Origin: a bacterium
Lineage (GTDB): Bacteria > Bacillota_I > Bacilli_A > RF39 > UBA660
DNA length: 64,000 bases
Direction: 5' to 3'
NCBI GenBank assembly: GCA_963645945.1
Contig: CAVIUA010000048.1
Span: 9,827 to 73,826 of the forward strand
In this document: positions 41,651-53,110 of the stretch, in pieces
How the letters are laid out: every line of letters starts with the position of its first letter
How positions within the stretch are numbered: position 1 is the stretch's first letter
Notes under the pieces: model-generated
Databases searched by the model: none
Told to the model about the DNA's origin: nothing
The model's input: the letters and a program-made list of their open reading frames with translations, nothing else
Program-made: the position numbers and the translations under genes

Positions 41651-43453
41651 CTATACTAATAACACAATAATGAATGCTATTAATAATACTGCTAATAATT
41701 CTAATAAGAATTTCCAAATAGCTTTAATCCAAGAAGTATAAGGAATATCTAAGTACTCTAATACTATCATTAAAATGAAACTAGTAGGAGCAAAGATAAC
41801 TCCAAATCCATACATAGCTTGGAAAATAACACCTATTGTAGAATAACTAGCTGAATCAGTTACAACACTAGTTAAATATAATAGTACACTTTGGAATGCA
41901 TATGAAGGATCAACATTGAATATACCAGCTAAAAGTGCTGCTAATGATGATAATAATGCACCAAAGACATTGAATTTATCAATTCCAGAAAGTAATGCTT
42001 TATAGATTACTAATTGGAATGGATGATAAGTAACAATTACTAAACAAGAATAAATTAAAATTACAATTAATCCTAATGGTAATGCTCTCTTAATTCCATC
42101 AATAAATCCTTTTAAGATATCATTAAATTTAACTTTGTAAACGATTGCTAGGAATAGTATTAATAATGCCATTGGTAATAATAGATCAATTATAGTCCAG
42201 AAACCAAATGCATTAATAGTACCAAAAAGCTTAGAGAATATAGCAAAGCCACCTATCTCAAAAGATAAAACATTAGTAGTTACATCTGAGAATAAAGTAA
42301 CTCCAAATCCATTTGACCAAGGAATGAATGCTAATATAACTAATATGAATAATAAAACAAATGCTGTTACTAATGGCCAAGTAGTATGATAACTATTATC
42401 AGATTCTTGAACATATTTACTCATATCAGAAGAGCTATCAACAGACTCCTTAACAACAATAACTTCTTCATCTTTTAAAGCTGCTTTAATATTTTTCTTT
42501 GAAGAAGATTTTGTATTCTTTTTTCCAGTAGATTTAGAAGCATTAGCTTTAGTAGTTTTAGTAGTTTTAGCCTTACTATCTTTAGTAGACTTAGTTGCAG
42601 TTTTCTTTGTCTTTTTAACTTCAACTTCTTTAACTTCAGCTTTTACTTCTTTTACTGAAGATTTCTTACTATCCTTCTTAATTACTTTAGTAACAGTATT
42701 AGTCTTTTTAATATATAATAATACATTTAAAACTAACAATGCTAAACCTAATAATAAAATTACTAATTTAGCTATTACCTCAGAAGTAATATCAAGTGAT
42801 AATACAGTCATGATAATATTAGTATTACCATAAGCATAAGTAGATCCTATTAAACCAACAGCTGTAGAACCAACTAATACCATAGCTGCAACAATTTTAT
42901 CATATCCTAATAATAAAATTACTGAAACTAACATAGGGAAAAATACAAGTAATGGAATTTGCATTCCTCCTAATGAAACTAAAGCTGCGATTAGTAGCAT
43001 GGTAACTACAAAGAATCTTACTTCATGTCCTTGTACACGTCCTACAAAATTATCTAGGAATGTACGATAAGCAGGTATCTTATTTAGTATTCCGTAGAAG
43101 CCACCAATAGCTAAAACGAAAAATGCAATATAACCAAAATAAGAAAGTGCTGTAACTGGATAATTGAATAAATCAAATAATCCCATTTGAACTCGTCCTT
43201 GATCTATATACTGTTCTGAATAATAAGCAGCTGGTAATATCCAAGTCATTAGCATAAGAGCTAACACAGTAAGAAGAACTATTTTAAGTACATTACTTTT
43301 ATCGCGTAAAGCAATAATAATTAAAACAAACTCTGCAATCCATAAAGCAGTTTTAATTAAAGTACAAACATCATTATCTGGTAAGAAAAATGATATAAGC
43401 ATTAAAACAGTTACTATACAAAGAACAAGCTTTGAAATATTGTGTTTTTTCAT
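41651..43453 (-). CDS. YfcC/DcuC-superfamily membrane transporter with a long K/T/S-rich insert
   Basis: 600 aa. FVLAIGGFYGILNKIPAYRTF...LVSLGGMQIPLLVFFPMLVSVILLLGYD parallels E. coli YfcC as I recall it. Residues ~250-345 are low-complexity lysine-rich sequence. Confidence 0.7.
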   Translation of the reverse strand: MKKHNISKLVLCIVTVLMLISFFLPDNDVCTLIKTALWIAEFVLIIIALRDKSNVLKIVLLTVLALMLMTWILPAAYYSEQYIDQGRVQMGLFDLFNYPVTALSYFGYIAFFVLAIGGFYGILNKIPAYRTFLDNFVGRVQGHEVRFFVVTMLLIAALVSLGGMQIPLLVFFPMLVSVILLLGYDKIVAAMVLVGSTAVGLIGSTYAYGNTNIIMTVLSLDITSEVIAKLVILLLGLALLVLNVLLYIKKTNTVTKVIKKDSKKSSVKEVKAEVKEVEVKKTKKTATKSTKDSKAKTTKTTKANASKSTGKKNTKSSSKKNIKAALKDEEVIVVKESVDSSSDMSKYVQESDNSYHTTWPLVTAFVLLFILVILAFIPWSNGFGVTLFSDVTTNVLSFEIGGFAIFSKLFGTINAFGFWTIIDLLLPMALLILFLAIVYKVKFNDILKGFIDGIKRALPLGLIVILIYSCLVIVTYHPFQLVIYKALLSGIDKFNVFGALLSSLAALLAGIFNVDPSYAFQSVLLYLTSVVTDSASYSTIGVIFQAMYGFGVIFAPTSFILMIVLEYLDIPYTSWIKAIWKFLLELLAVLLIAFIIVLLV

Positions 43454-43589
43454 AATTAACCTCCCACTATAATTATACTTATATAAAATTGATTTTACAA
43501 GTATTTACACTATTTTTTACCAAAAAAAAGCAATTTTAATTGACTTTTAAATATTAATATAATATTTAGTCATATCAAAATTGCCTAAA

Positions 43590-45071
43590 TTATTTTTGTT
43601 TCATTGTTGGGAACAACAATACATCACGAATTGATTCTTGTTCTAAGAAAAACATACAAAGTCTATCTATTCCATAACCAATTCCACCAGCTGGAGGCAT
43701 ACCATATTCTAATGCTTCTATAAAGTCCATATCAATATCATTTGCTTCATCATTACCAAGGTCTCTTTCCTTAATTTGATCTTCAAATCTTTCTAATTGA
43801 TCAATTGGATCATTTAACTCTGTATACGCATTAGCAAATTCATTACCAGCGATAAACAATTCAAATCTATCAACAAATCTTGGATCATCAGGATTTTTCT
43901 TTGTTAATGGACTAATCTCAATTGGATGTCCATATAAGAATGTAGGTTGAATTAAAGTTTCTTCTACATATTTTTCAAAGAACAAATTAACAATATGTCC
44001 AAAACTCTTTTGATGTTCTTCAACTGATATATTATGTTCCTCAGCTAATTTTAAAGCCTCTTCTAAACTCATATCTTTTTTAAAATCAACACCAGTTTTT
44101 TCTTTAATAGCATCAACCATACTAATTCTCTTCCATGGTCCAGATAAATCTATATCATGATCATGCCAAGTAAATGTAGTACGACCAAACACTTCTTTAC
44201 CTATTGTTTGAAACATTGCCTCAGTCATATCCATCATACCTTGTAAATCACTATATGCTAAATATGCTTCCATTAAAGTAAATTCTGGATTATGTTTAGG
44301 ATCCATTCCTTCATTTCTAAAAACTCTACCTATTTCATAAACTGCTTCCATACCACCAACAAGTAATCTTTTTAATGGTAACTCTAAAGCAATTCTTAAA
44401 TACATATCTAAATCTTGTGTATTATGATGTGTAACAAAAGGTCTAGCACTAGCACCTGTTAATAAAGTAGATAAAATAGGTGTTTCAACTTCTGTAAATC
44501 CTCTATTATCCATAAAGTTTTGAATGCATCTAATAATCTTAGGTCTAGTAAAAGCAACTTTCTTAGATTCTTCATTCATAATTAAGTCAACATAACGTCT
44601 TCTATATCTTTCTTCAATATCAGTAAGACCATGAAATTTTTCTGGTAAAGGTTTTAAAGCCTTAACTAAATGAACATATTTTTTTGCTCTAACACTAAGT
44701 TCACCAGTGTCAGTTCTAAACACAGTACCCTCAATTCCAACTATATCTCCAATATCTGATTTTTTAAATAAATCATATACGTCTTCGCCAACAGCATCTT
44801 CCCTAATATATATTTGTAACTTTCCATACTTATCTTGTATATGGAAAAATCCAGCTCTACCTTTACGACGTTTAGTCATAATTCTACCCGCAACAATAAC
44901 AATTTTTTCATTACCTTCTAAGTCTTCCTTAGAACAAGTTTGATACATTTCATTTATTTCCATAGAATTAGTATTAGTATCAAATCTATGACCAAATGGG
45001 TCAATACCTTTTTCTCTAATTTCTTCAGCCTTAGCTCTTCTAACTAATTCTTGTTCAGTAAATTCTCTCAT
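43590..45071 (-). CDS. lysS: Lysyl-tRNA synthetase (class II)
   Basis: 493 aa. N-terminal OB domain and class II motifs (FRNEG, GIGIDRL-type GYGIDRL). Confidence 0.95.
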   Translation of the reverse strand: MREFTEQELVRRAKAEEIREKGIDPFGHRFDTNTNSMEINEMYQTCSKEDLEGNEKIVIVAGRIMTKRRKGRAGFFHIQDKYGKLQIYIREDAVGEDVYDLFKKSDIGDIVGIEGTVFRTDTGELSVRAKKYVHLVKALKPLPEKFHGLTDIEERYRRRYVDLIMNEESKKVAFTRPKIIRCIQNFMDNRGFTEVETPILSTLLTGASARPFVTHHNTQDLDMYLRIALELPLKRLLVGGMEAVYEIGRVFRNEGMDPKHNPEFTLMEAYLAYSDLQGMMDMTEAMFQTIGKEVFGRTTFTWHDHDIDLSGPWKRISMVDAIKEKTGVDFKKDMSLEEALKLAEEHNISVEEHQKSFGHIVNLFFEKYVEETLIQPTFLYGHPIEISPLTKKNPDDPRFVDRFELFIAGNEFANAYTELNDPIDQLERFEDQIKERDLGNDEANDIDMDFIEALEYGMPPAGGIGYGIDRLCMFFLEQESIRDVLLFPTMKQK

Positions 45072-45085
45072 AATATCCTCCTTCT

Positions 45086-45688
45086 TTAAGCTTTAACAAC
45101 AGTAGTATGAGCAATTTTATCATGTAATCCCATACCTGATTTATTCCACATAACCATAAAGCCACAAATTAATAATAAAGTATAATTGATAATTCCACAA
45201 ATTGCAACCCCATAAAAATATGCTGTTTCATTTCCAAAAATAACAATTGCAAAAGAAATCATATCTACTAAAATCGAATTAACAATTAAAGATCTAAAAA
45301 TAAAACTGTTAATAGTTATTTCTTTATCTGTAGAACTAACAACTTTTATTTTCATTAATTTCTTCCCAATAGTTTGTCCATTATTATAATACTGATAAAC
45401 TATGAAATATAAAACAGATAAAAACAAAGTCATCAATGATACAATACCTTGTTTTTTAGAAAGTTGATAACTTATACCCTTAACCTCAGCAACATAAGTA
45501 TCCATATCAATTTTTCCAGAATTATATTTCTCTATAACCTCAGTACTATTTTTATTTAATTTGTCAATAGATTTAGTATCCAAAAATGGATAAGAAATTA
45601 GAGACGCTATACTAGATAAAATAAAAATATCAAGTAAAAACGCAATAAATCTTTGTACAAATAACGCTTTCTCATCTTTAGCTTTCAT
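45086..45688 (-). CDS. RDD family membrane protein
   Basis: Start trimmed to ATG 45688, with an [22 protein letters not shown] and [14 protein letters not shown] are typical RDD-domain features. Confidence 0.7.
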   Translation of the reverse strand: MKAKDEKALFVQRFIAFLLDIFILSSIASLISYPFLDTKSIDKLNKNSTEVIEKYNSGKIDMDTYVAEVKGISYQLSKKQGIVSLMTLFLSVLYFIVYQYYNNGQTIGKKLMKIKVVSSTDKEITINSFIFRSLIVNSILVDMISFAIVIFGNETAYFYGVAICGIINYTLLLICGFMVMWNKSGMGLHDKIAHTTVVKA

Positions 45689-46667
45689 ATAATAATACCT
45701 CCTTAAACTCACTAAGTATCTTGATTATATCACAAACTTTAGTAGTTTTATAGACCTTATTTTTAACATCACTAGCACCAGTAACGCCTTTTAAATACCA
45801 AGAAATATGATTCCTTATCTCTAAACAAGCTAATTTTTCATCTTTGAAATCAGTTAAATATTTCAAATGTTTAAGTGCCATATCTACTTTTTCAATATCA
45901 GTTACACTAGTTATTTTTCTGTTCTCTAAATAAGCAATGCTATCTCTAATTAACCAAGGATTACCAAGTAATCCTCTACCTATCATAACTGCATCACATA
46001 AAGTTTCATCTAACATTCTTTTAGCATCCTCTGGCTTTTTAATATCACCATTACCAATAATAGGAATAGAGACACATCTTTTTACCTCTTTTATAATATT
46101 CCAATCCGCTTTACCAGAATAACCTTGACTACGAGTTCTAGCATGAATACAAATAGCTTTAGCTCCAGCTTTTTCAATTACCTGAGAAACTAAAGGTGCA
46201 TTAATACTATTACTATCCCATCCAGATCTAATTTTAACAGTAACGGGTACTGAAACACTAGCAACTACTTTACTAACTATTTCATATATTTTATCAGGAT
46301 CTCGTAATAAAGATGATCCGGCACCAGATTTAACTGCAACTTTAGGAACAGGACATCCCATATTAATATCAATAAAAACATTATCATATAAATTTGTTAT
46401 TATTTTAGCAGCCTTAGCCATTGTATCAGGATTAGAACCAAATATTTGAACTGCAACTGGTATTTTCAAAGTATCAATACCTTTTAACATATCAAATGTC
46501 TTTTTATTATCCCTAACAATAGCCTCAGAACTAATTAATTCTGTAACTGCATATCCAACACCAAACTCTTCTAATATCTTCATATAAGAAGGATTAGATA
46601 TTCCAGCCATTGGCGCCATCGCAATTTTATTTTTAATAAATATATCACCTATATACCAACCTTGCAT
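45678..46667 (-). CDS. dusB: tRNA-dihydrouridine synthase B
   Basis: 329 aa. MAPMAGISN, DINMGCP, and a TIM-barrel Dus pattern. Confidence 0.9.
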   Translation of the reverse strand: MQGWYIGDIFIKNKIAMAPMAGISNPSYMKILEEFGVGYAVTELISSEAIVRDNKKTFDMLKGIDTLKIPVAVQIFGSNPDTMAKAAKIITNLYDNVFIDINMGCPVPKVAVKSGAGSSLLRDPDKIYEIVSKVVASVSVPVTVKIRSGWDSNSINAPLVSQVIEKAGAKAICIHARTRSQGYSGKADWNIIKEVKRCVSIPIIGNGDIKKPEDAKRMLDETLCDAVMIGRGLLGNPWLIRDSIAYLENRKITSVTDIEKVDMALKHLKYLTDFKDEKLACLEIRNHISWYLKGVTGASDVKNKVYKTTKVCDIIKILSEFKEVLLYES

Positions 46668-46682
46668 ATATATCCCATACCT

Positions 46683-47102
46683 TTACTTTTTCTTTAATAA
46701 ATCTCTAATTTCCTCTAATAATAAAACTTCATCACTCTTCTTAGGAGTTTCCTCAATCTCTTCTTCTTTCTTCTTTTTAAAACTTTCAAATAATTTAACT
46801 ATCATAAATATACAGAAAGCAACAATTAAAAAGTCAACAATAGTTTGAATAAAAGAACCATATTTAATAGTTGCATCTCCTACTTTGATACTTAAATCAG
46901 AAAAATCAAGTCCACCTAAGAAAACACCTATAATAGGCATCAATACATCATTTACTAAACTAGTAACAATTTTACCAAAAGCACTACCAATGATAACACC
47001 AACAGCCATATCAACAACATTACCACGTGAAATAAATGTTTTAAATTCTGATGCTCCCTTACTAATTTTCTTAATATTTTTACTTGCTAAATCTTTTTTC
47101 AT
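46683..47102 (-). CDS. mscL: Large-conductance mechanosensitive channel
   Basis: Start trimmed to ATG 47102, with [43 protein letters not shown] is the MscL signature. Confidence 0.9.
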   Translation of the reverse strand: MKKDLASKNIKKISKGASEFKTFISRGNVVDMAVGVIIGSAFGKIVTSLVNDVLMPIIGVFLGGLDFSDLSIKVGDATIKYGSFIQTIVDFLIVAFCIFMIVKLFESFKKKKEEEIEETPKKSDEVLLLEEIRDLLKKK

Positions 47103-47173
47103 AAATATCCCTCCAACAAACATAATGATATTATAATATGAATTTAAATAATTTCAAGAAAAAAGAGTTAAAT

Positions 47174-49141
47174 TTAAACATCCAACTCTTTTAATAATTC
47201 TGCTTTATTCATTTTTGAATAGTTTTTAATACCCTTTTCTTTAGCTATTTCTCTAAGTCTAGTAATTGACATAGATTCATAACTAGTTTCTTCATCTTCT
47301 ATAGGCATTTTCCCATTTTCAACTAAGTAATCAATTTGTTCCTTAGTCAATGTTTCATATTCTAATAATGCATCAGCTATTAATTTTAATAAATCTTTAT
47401 TTTCTTTAATAATAGTAGTAGCTTTATCATGACAATTATTAATGATTTTTCTCATTTCCATATCAATTTCATTTGCTACTTCATTAGAAAAATGTTGACT
47501 TTTATTATAATCTCTTCCTAAGAAAACACTACCTTCTTTTTGTTCAAATTGTAATGGTCCTAAATCACTCATACCATATTCAGTAACCATTGCACGAGCT
47601 ATTTTAGTTGCCTTTTCAAAGTCATTATGAGCACCAGTAGTAATTTCTCCAAAAACAACTTCTTCAGCTGTACGTCCACCTAATAAACCAGTTATTTCTT
47701 CTAATAAATCAGTTTTAGTTGAACATAATTTTTCAACAGATGGAACCATCATATTATATCCACCAGCCGAACCTCTAGGAATAATAGTAACTTTTTGAAC
47801 ATCATTAGCATTATCAAGTTTTAAACCTATAACAGCATGTCCAGCTTCATGATAAGCAACAAGCTTACGATCTTCTTCACTATATTTATGTGAAGTCTTA
47901 GCAGGACCCATTAAAACTCTATCAGTAGCCTCATCAATTTCACTCATTGTAATCTTTGCTTTATTACGTCTAACTGCAAGTAAAGCAGCTTCATTTAATA
48001 AATTTTCCAAATCAGCTCCAGAAAAACCAGGAGTTCTTTTAGCTAAATTTTCTAATGTAAGTCCATCAGCTAACTTTTTATTCTTAGCATGCACTGCTAA
48101 AATCTCTTCTCTTTCTCTAACATCAGGTAAATTAACAGTAACTTGTCTATCAAATCTACCAGGTCTTAAAAGTGCTGGATCTAAAACATCAGGTCTATTA
48201 GTTGCAGCCATAATTATAATACCTTCATTAGCACCAAAACCATCCATTTCAGTAAGTAATTGGTTTAATGTTTGCTCTCTTTCATCATGTCCACCACCAA
48301 GTCCAGTACCTCTTTGGCGACCAACAGCATCTATTTCATCAATAAATATTAAACATGGAGCATTACGTTTAGCTTGTTGGAACATATCACGAACACGACT
48401 AGCACCAACACCAACGAATAATTCAACAAAGTCAGATCCAGAAATGAAATAAAATGGAACATTTGCCTCTCCTGCAACAGCTTTAGCAAGTAAAGTTTTA
48501 CCTGTTCCTGGAGGACCAAATAATAATATACCCTTAGGAATTCTAGCTCCTAAACTTTGAAATTTCTTTGGATTCTTTAAGAAATCAATTATTTCTTTAA
48601 CTTCTTCTTTTTCCTCTTTTAAACCAGCTACATCTTTAAAAGTAACTTTATTATTATCACTACTTAAACGAGCTTTACTCTTACCAAAATCCAATGAACT
48701 CTTATTTCCTGCTAATTGTCTATTTAAGAACCAAAAAGCAATACCTACTAATAAAAGTATCGGTAAAACATTAACAACAATTAAAAGTAATGATGATGAA
48801 TCAGGATCAGGTTCAACATTTAATTCAATATTTTGATTATCACTGGCTTCAACAATCTTTTTCATTACCTCTTCACTTAAAGGTAATCTAGCAAAGAAAG
48901 TTTCATTATCAGCATAATCTTTTAATTTTCCACTAGCCTCATATGTATAACCATTAGTTCTAGCAACTAACTCTAACTTAGTTATTTCCTTATTATCTAA
49001 TTTTTCAATAAACTCATTATACGTTAATACTTTTACTTTTTTATTAGCAACATTCATGAAAAAGAACATTCCAAGAACAACTAATGCCAAAAGTAAATAT
49101 GGTAACAAGCTTCTTTTTACAGTTTTTTTATCAATATTCAC
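47174..49141 (-). CDS. ftsH: ATP-dependent zinc metalloprotease FtsH
   Basis: 655 aa. [13 protein letters not shown], the SRH region, and the HEAGHA zinc site. GTG start with a GGAGG RBS. Confidence 0.97.
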   Translation of the reverse strand: MNIDKKTVKRSLLPYLLLALVVLGMFFFMNVANKKVKVLTYNEFIEKLDNKEITKLELVARTNGYTYEASGKLKDYADNETFFARLPLSEEVMKKIVEASDNQNIELNVEPDPDSSSLLLIVVNVLPILLLVGIAFWFLNRQLAGNKSSLDFGKSKARLSSDNNKVTFKDVAGLKEEKEEVKEIIDFLKNPKKFQSLGARIPKGILLFGPPGTGKTLLAKAVAGEANVPFYFISGSDFVELFVGVGASRVRDMFQQAKRNAPCLIFIDEIDAVGRQRGTGLGGGHDEREQTLNQLLTEMDGFGANEGIIIMAATNRPDVLDPALLRPGRFDRQVTVNLPDVREREEILAVHAKNKKLADGLTLENLAKRTPGFSGADLENLLNEAALLAVRRNKAKITMSEIDEATDRVLMGPAKTSHKYSEEDRKLVAYHEAGHAVIGLKLDNANDVQKVTIIPRGSAGGYNMMVPSVEKLCSTKTDLLEEITGLLGGRTAEEVVFGEITTGAHNDFEKATKIARAMVTEYGMSDLGPLQFEQKEGSVFLGRDYNKSQHFSNEVANEIDMEMRKIINNCHDKATTIIKENKDLLKLIADALLEYETLTKEQIDYLVENGKMPIEDEETSYESMSITRLREIAKEKGIKNYSKMNKAELLKELDV

Positions 49142-49152
49142 AATATTCCTCC

Positions 49153-50466
49153 TTAACTATATTTTAATATTATATCATAACTATCTACTTTTTTCTTATC
49201 AAATTTAGATTTTTTAACACCAGGTATCCATACTACTTTACCTTTTGAATCAACAACAATTGGCCATGAATCCCTTTCTGTTAAATTAATCTTACTATCA
49301 ATGAATATATCTTTAATTTTTTTAGTACCATCCATGCCTTTAACAGCCATTTTATCTCCAAGTCTTCTAGTTCTAACAATTAATGGCAAAGTAATTTCTG
49401 AACTATTAAGTCTACAAATACTATTACTATTGTCAGAAGTATCTAATACTCTTTCAATAACATGCCCATTAGGTAATGTAGCATATTCATCAAATTCAAT
49501 TTCATAGTTAGTTATTTCCAAAACATCACGTTTTAATTCTAACATATTATAGCACTTATTAGCAATAACATCATTTGGTAAATTAACAAAACTATTTGCT
49601 TTCTTACTATATATTAAATCCAATATCAAATCTATATGCTTATCTCCAACAAGTATCAAATCATCTTGATAAAATTCACTAAGTAAATAATACAGGATTT
49701 CTCTTTGAATATAAGGATCTTCTAATATAAATTTATCAATAACTAATGCATCTGCTAATAAAACTCTTCTCAAAGCCTTATCTCTTTCTTTATTAATAAA
49801 ATTACAAGCAGCAGACAAATTATCACTAAAACGCAAAAACTTCAAATGAACGTTTTCTTCTTCACTTTTCAAAAATGGCAATAAATACTTTCTATATCTA
49901 TTTCTAGTATATTTATCTGAAGAATTAGATTTATCAACAAAGTATTTAACATTATTCATCTCATCATATTCTTCTAATTCTTTCTTTGTATAATAAATCA
50001 ACGGTCTAACTATTTTATAATCATTCATATCAACTATCATCTTAAAACCAGAATAACCCTTCAAATTAGTTCCTCTAACAATTCTCATCATTATAGTTTC
50101 AACTAAGTCATCTCCATGATGTGCTGTCATTAAATAATTAGCTCCATATTTATAAACTACATTTTCAAAAAAGTTATATCTAATATTACGAGCTTCATTT
50201 TCAAAATTATCATCACCATATTTTTCAATAATCATAGTCTCAAATAATATTGAATTCTTAACACAATATTCTTTTATATATATTGCCTCATCAATACTTT
50301 CTACTCTAACGTTATGATTAACATGTGCAACGATTAATGAAAGATCATATTTTTCACGTATCTTTAATAACATATCTACTAAAGCCATTGAATCAGGTCC
50401 AGCTGAACATCCAATAACTATAACATCACCAGTATTAAATTTAAAATTATCCTCAATACTAATCAT
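49153..50466 (-). CDS. tilS: tRNA(Ile)-lysidine synthetase
   Basis: 437 aa. The PP-loop is divergent (GCSAGPDSMAL, S-x-G-x-D-S), and the C-terminal TilS domain is present. Confidence 0.9.
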   Translation of the reverse strand: MISIEDNFKFNTGDVIVIGCSAGPDSMALVDMLLKIREKYDLSLIVAHVNHNVRVESIDEAIYIKEYCVKNSILFETMIIEKYGDDNFENEARNIRYNFFENVVYKYGANYLMTAHHGDDLVETIMMRIVRGTNLKGYSGFKMIVDMNDYKIVRPLIYYTKKELEEYDEMNNVKYFVDKSNSSDKYTRNRYRKYLLPFLKSEEENVHLKFLRFSDNLSAACNFINKERDKALRRVLLADALVIDKFILEDPYIQREILYYLLSEFYQDDLILVGDKHIDLILDLIYSKKANSFVNLPNDVIANKCYNMLELKRDVLEITNYEIEFDEYATLPNGHVIERVLDTSDNSNSICRLNSSEITLPLIVRTRRLGDKMAVKGMDGTKKIKDIFIDSKINLTERDSWPIVVDSKGKVVWIPGVKKSKFDKKKVDSYDIILKYS

Positions 50467-50521
50467 AATTCCTCCATAACAAACAATGATATTATATCAC
50501 AAGTACAAATGAAAAAAGAAT

Positions 50522-50830
50522 TTATTTTTCCGGTATTTTAATAATAAATTCCCCATCTTTTGAATATAAATATTTTTCTCTAGCATATCTAGCAATATAA
50601 TCAGGATCTTGTAATTTATTAACATCTACTCGTAACTCTTCTTCCTTCTCTTTTAGACTTGCTAGTTTTTCATCTAATTCATTTTTTTCACGATATTTAT
50701 CATATATTTCAACCCAGTAGTGTCCTATTGTAAAAGTAGTTACGATAATAATAGCTAAAGAACCTAATCCAAAAATAACAAGTCTTCTTTTTGTTTTTTT
50801 AACTGTACTAGAAGATTTTCTTTTTGCCAT
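50522..50830 (-). CDS. divIC: Septum formation initiator (DivIC/FtsB family)
   Basis: 102 aa. One TM segment then a coiled coil (EKLASLKEKEEELRVDVNKLQDPDYI). It follows yabQ. Confidence 0.7.
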   Translation of the reverse strand: MAKRKSSSTVKKTKRRLVIFGLGSLAIIIVTTFTIGHYWVEIYDKYREKNELDEKLASLKEKEEELRVDVNKLQDPDYIARYAREKYLYSKDGEFIIKIPEK

Positions 50831-50920
50831 ATTTACGTCACCTACCTTATCACCATATATTATAATCCTATAATAATAAAAGATTCAATAAACAAAAGAA
50901 AAAAAGGACTCACTTTACAG

Positions 50921-51196
50921 TCACTTTTTACGTAAAAATCTAAAAAATGTATAACTTAAAAGAAATCCCAAAATTAAAAGTAATAAAAAATAAATATGTA
51001 AAATACCATTATTAATTAATTTAATACCTAAAAAATATATTAAAGAAAAATCAAATAAAAACAAAAAGTTACCCAGTATTTTAATTTTCTTATTTTTATT
51101 GAATAATAACCCATAATTTAAATTAGTAAAAACACTAAGAATAATTCCAAATAAAAATGAAAATACAAAACTATATGTTTGTAGTTTTAAATTCAC
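50921..51196 (-). CDS. yabQ: Spore cortex biosynthesis protein YabQ-like
   Basis: 91-aa small polytopic membrane protein. Its GTG start overlaps the yabP stop (TAGTG). The call rests mainly on position. Confidence 0.55.
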   Translation of the reverse strand: MNLKLQTYSFVFSFLFGIILSVFTNLNYGLLFNKNKKIKILGNFLFLFDFSLIYFLGIKLINNGILHIYFLLLLILGFLLSYTFFRFLRKK

Positions 51197-51489
51197 TACT
51201 TAAATAACCTATTAAAAATACTTTCTTCTTTATTTTTCTTAGTATTTTCTTCTACATAATTAATACCAGAAACATTTCCTTTTATTGAAACATTCCCTTG
51301 CAAAGTATCAAGTTTAACTAACTCTAATTCACTACCCTTAATAACTATAAAACCCATAATTGTTTCTAATAGAAATTGCTCACTATCAAAATTCTCTATT
51401 TTTTTAACTCCTGTAATTATCAAATTCTTTCTCTCAAACAAATTAATACCATGATTATAACTATTAATACTATTTTCTTGTTTATCCAT
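51196..51489 (-). CDS. yabP: Sporulation protein YabP
   Basis: Start trimmed to ATG 51489, with an AGGAGG RBS. ITGVKKIENFDSEQFLLETIMG closely matches B. subtilis YabP (ITGVKHVESFDNEEFLLETVMG, recalled). Confidence 0.8.
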   Translation of the reverse strand: MDKQENSINSYNHGINLFERKNLIITGVKKIENFDSEQFLLETIMGFIVIKGSELELVKLDTLQGNVSIKGNVSGINYVEENTKKNKEESIFNRLFK

Positions 51490-51548
51490 ACAATTCCTCC
51501 TAACAAAGTATATGACAAAAAGAAAATAATAGAACAAAAAAAGATGCC

Positions 51549-51830
51549 TTAAGCATCTTCCTCTTCTGAATCATCCTCAGCATTTTTATAAGCTTCTAAA
51601 ATAGCCTCTTCAAACATAGCACGAACTTCTGGATTTATAGGATGTGCTATATCACGATAACCACCAGTAGCAGTCTTTCGGCTAGGCATTGCTATAAATA
51701 GTCCGTTGTCTCCTTCAATAATACGAATATCATGTACTGCAAAACTGTCATCTAATAATACAGAAGCAATACCCTTCATACGAGATCCTTCTTTTTCAAT
51801 TTTACGTACATTTACAGATGTAATTTTCAT
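51549..51830 (-). CDS. spoVG: Septation/sporulation protein SpoVG
   Basis: 93 aa. [11 protein letters not shown]...[23 protein letters not shown]...YRDIAHPIN. Confidence 0.92.
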   Translation of the reverse strand: MKITSVNVRKIEKEGSRMKGIASVLLDDSFAVHDIRIIEGDNGLFIAMPSRKTATGGYRDIAHPINPEVRAMFEEAILEAYKNAEDDSEEEDA

Positions 51831-52075
51831 ATGAATTTTCCTCCCTCATAAAGTATAATCACTTTATATAATTATTTTATAATATAAAACTATAAAAATC
51901 AAGCATTTTATAGCGAGTAAATATAGTAAAATCAATAAAAAGAACAATAAATAATAACATTATCCAAACTAGCATCAAAAGATGTATTATATTTAATATT
52001 TTTTAAAATCTTATCTAACAAATACTTATAATTATCTACTCCATCACCATAACAATTATAGCAAAACCGTTTTTA

Positions 52076-52288
52076 CTAATCAATTATTTCTAAACTATCA
52101 ACAATTAAATCACTATAACTAAATGACTTAACTTTACTATTATCTAATGTAATAATAAAAATAGCTGGATATAAATCAGTTATAATACCTTGAAACTCAT
52201 CAATTTGATTCCTAGTACCCTTAAATCTAAATGAATGAACAATACCCTTATTACTAGCTACATACTCCTTTATTTTATCAAGTGTCAT
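52076..52288 (-). CDS. veg: Veg protein
   Basis: 70 aa. The GIITDLYPAIFIITLD...SFSYSDL pattern matches Veg. It lies next to yabG. Confidence 0.85.
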   Translation of the reverse strand: MTLDKIKEYVASNKGIVHSFRFKGTRNQIDEFQGIITDLYPAIFIITLDNSKVKSFSYSDLIVDSLEIID

Positions 52289-53067
52289 CTTGGATACCCT
52301 ACATACATAGTACCATTAGTTATAATACCACCTATGCCATCCTTACCATATTTTGTTTTTTCTATTAAATGAATCAAATCAATACTTTTATTTCTATCTG
52401 ACAATGCCAAAGAAGACGCAATAATAGCCGGATCAAGTGCATGAATATTAATTCTTTTCGGACTAGAAGCAAAGTTAGCACCAGCTTTTATCAATTCTTC
52501 ATAATTAGACTGACAAGCACCAGCTATTATAATTAATTTATCATGACTTTTCTCATATTTTCTAGCAACCTTAACAGCGTCTATAAAATTAATAGTATTT
52601 TGATAATTATTATTATCTTTCATATCATCTTTTTTAGAATAGTATGCATCATGTCCTGTAACTACAACAATATCCGGTTGAAACTCTTCAAGTAAAACTA
52701 AAATTTTATTAGGCATTTCTATTTCTTTCAATGTAATACCATTAGCTTTAACATTCATATCCTCATAAAACTTCATACATCTTTCTAAATAATCATTATC
52801 CCCATCTATATGAAGTATTTTACCAGGTAAATAAAAATACTGACTTCTATCAATATTTAAATCTCTTACATTATTTTCTATAATACTTTTATCATCATTA
52901 TCTTTATAATCTAAAACTTTAACCAAGTCATCAACATAAGAATCAGCAACTAGTCTTAAATCAACACCTTTTAAAAATACAATATCTCTTTCAAAACCAA
53001 CAATTTTAAATAAGATATCATGTTCATGTGATATTCTAGTTACCTGGTCACCTATTTTTAAATTCAA
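52285..53067 (-). CDS. yabG: Sporulation-specific protease YabG
   Basis: 260 aa. LPGKILHIDGD, VVTGHDAY and IIAGACQSNYEELIKAGANFASSPKRINIHALDP closely match B. subtilis YabG (recalled). Confidence 0.9.
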   Translation of the reverse strand: MNLKIGDQVTRISHEHDILFKIVGFERDIVFLKGVDLRLVADSYVDDLVKVLDYKDNDDKSIIENNVRDLNIDRSQYFYLPGKILHIDGDNDYLERCMKFYEDMNVKANGITLKEIEMPNKILVLLEEFQPDIVVVTGHDAYYSKKDDMKDNNNYQNTINFIDAVKVARKYEKSHDKLIIIAGACQSNYEELIKAGANFASSPKRINIHALDPAIIASSLALSDRNKSIDLIHLIEKTKYGKDGIGGIITNGTMYVGYPR

Positions 53068-53110
53068 AATATCCCTCCCAATTAAGTATATAAAAAAAAG
53101 AGCACCAATA

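Noticed and set aside
42480-42620. Short tandem DNA repeats (tagtagttt units) as a possible VNTR or non-coding repeat element
   Set aside because: They are in frame within the YfcC-like gene and encode its K/T-rich loop. They are treated as a low-complexity coding insert rather than a separate repeat feature.
51831-52075. 245-nt AT-rich spacer between veg and spoVG as a possible sRNA, tRNA or small gene
   Set aside because: No cloverleaf-compatible G/C-rich stems, no convincing promoter/terminator pair, and only a 27-codon ORF with a weak RBS. It most likely contains the spoVG promoter region.
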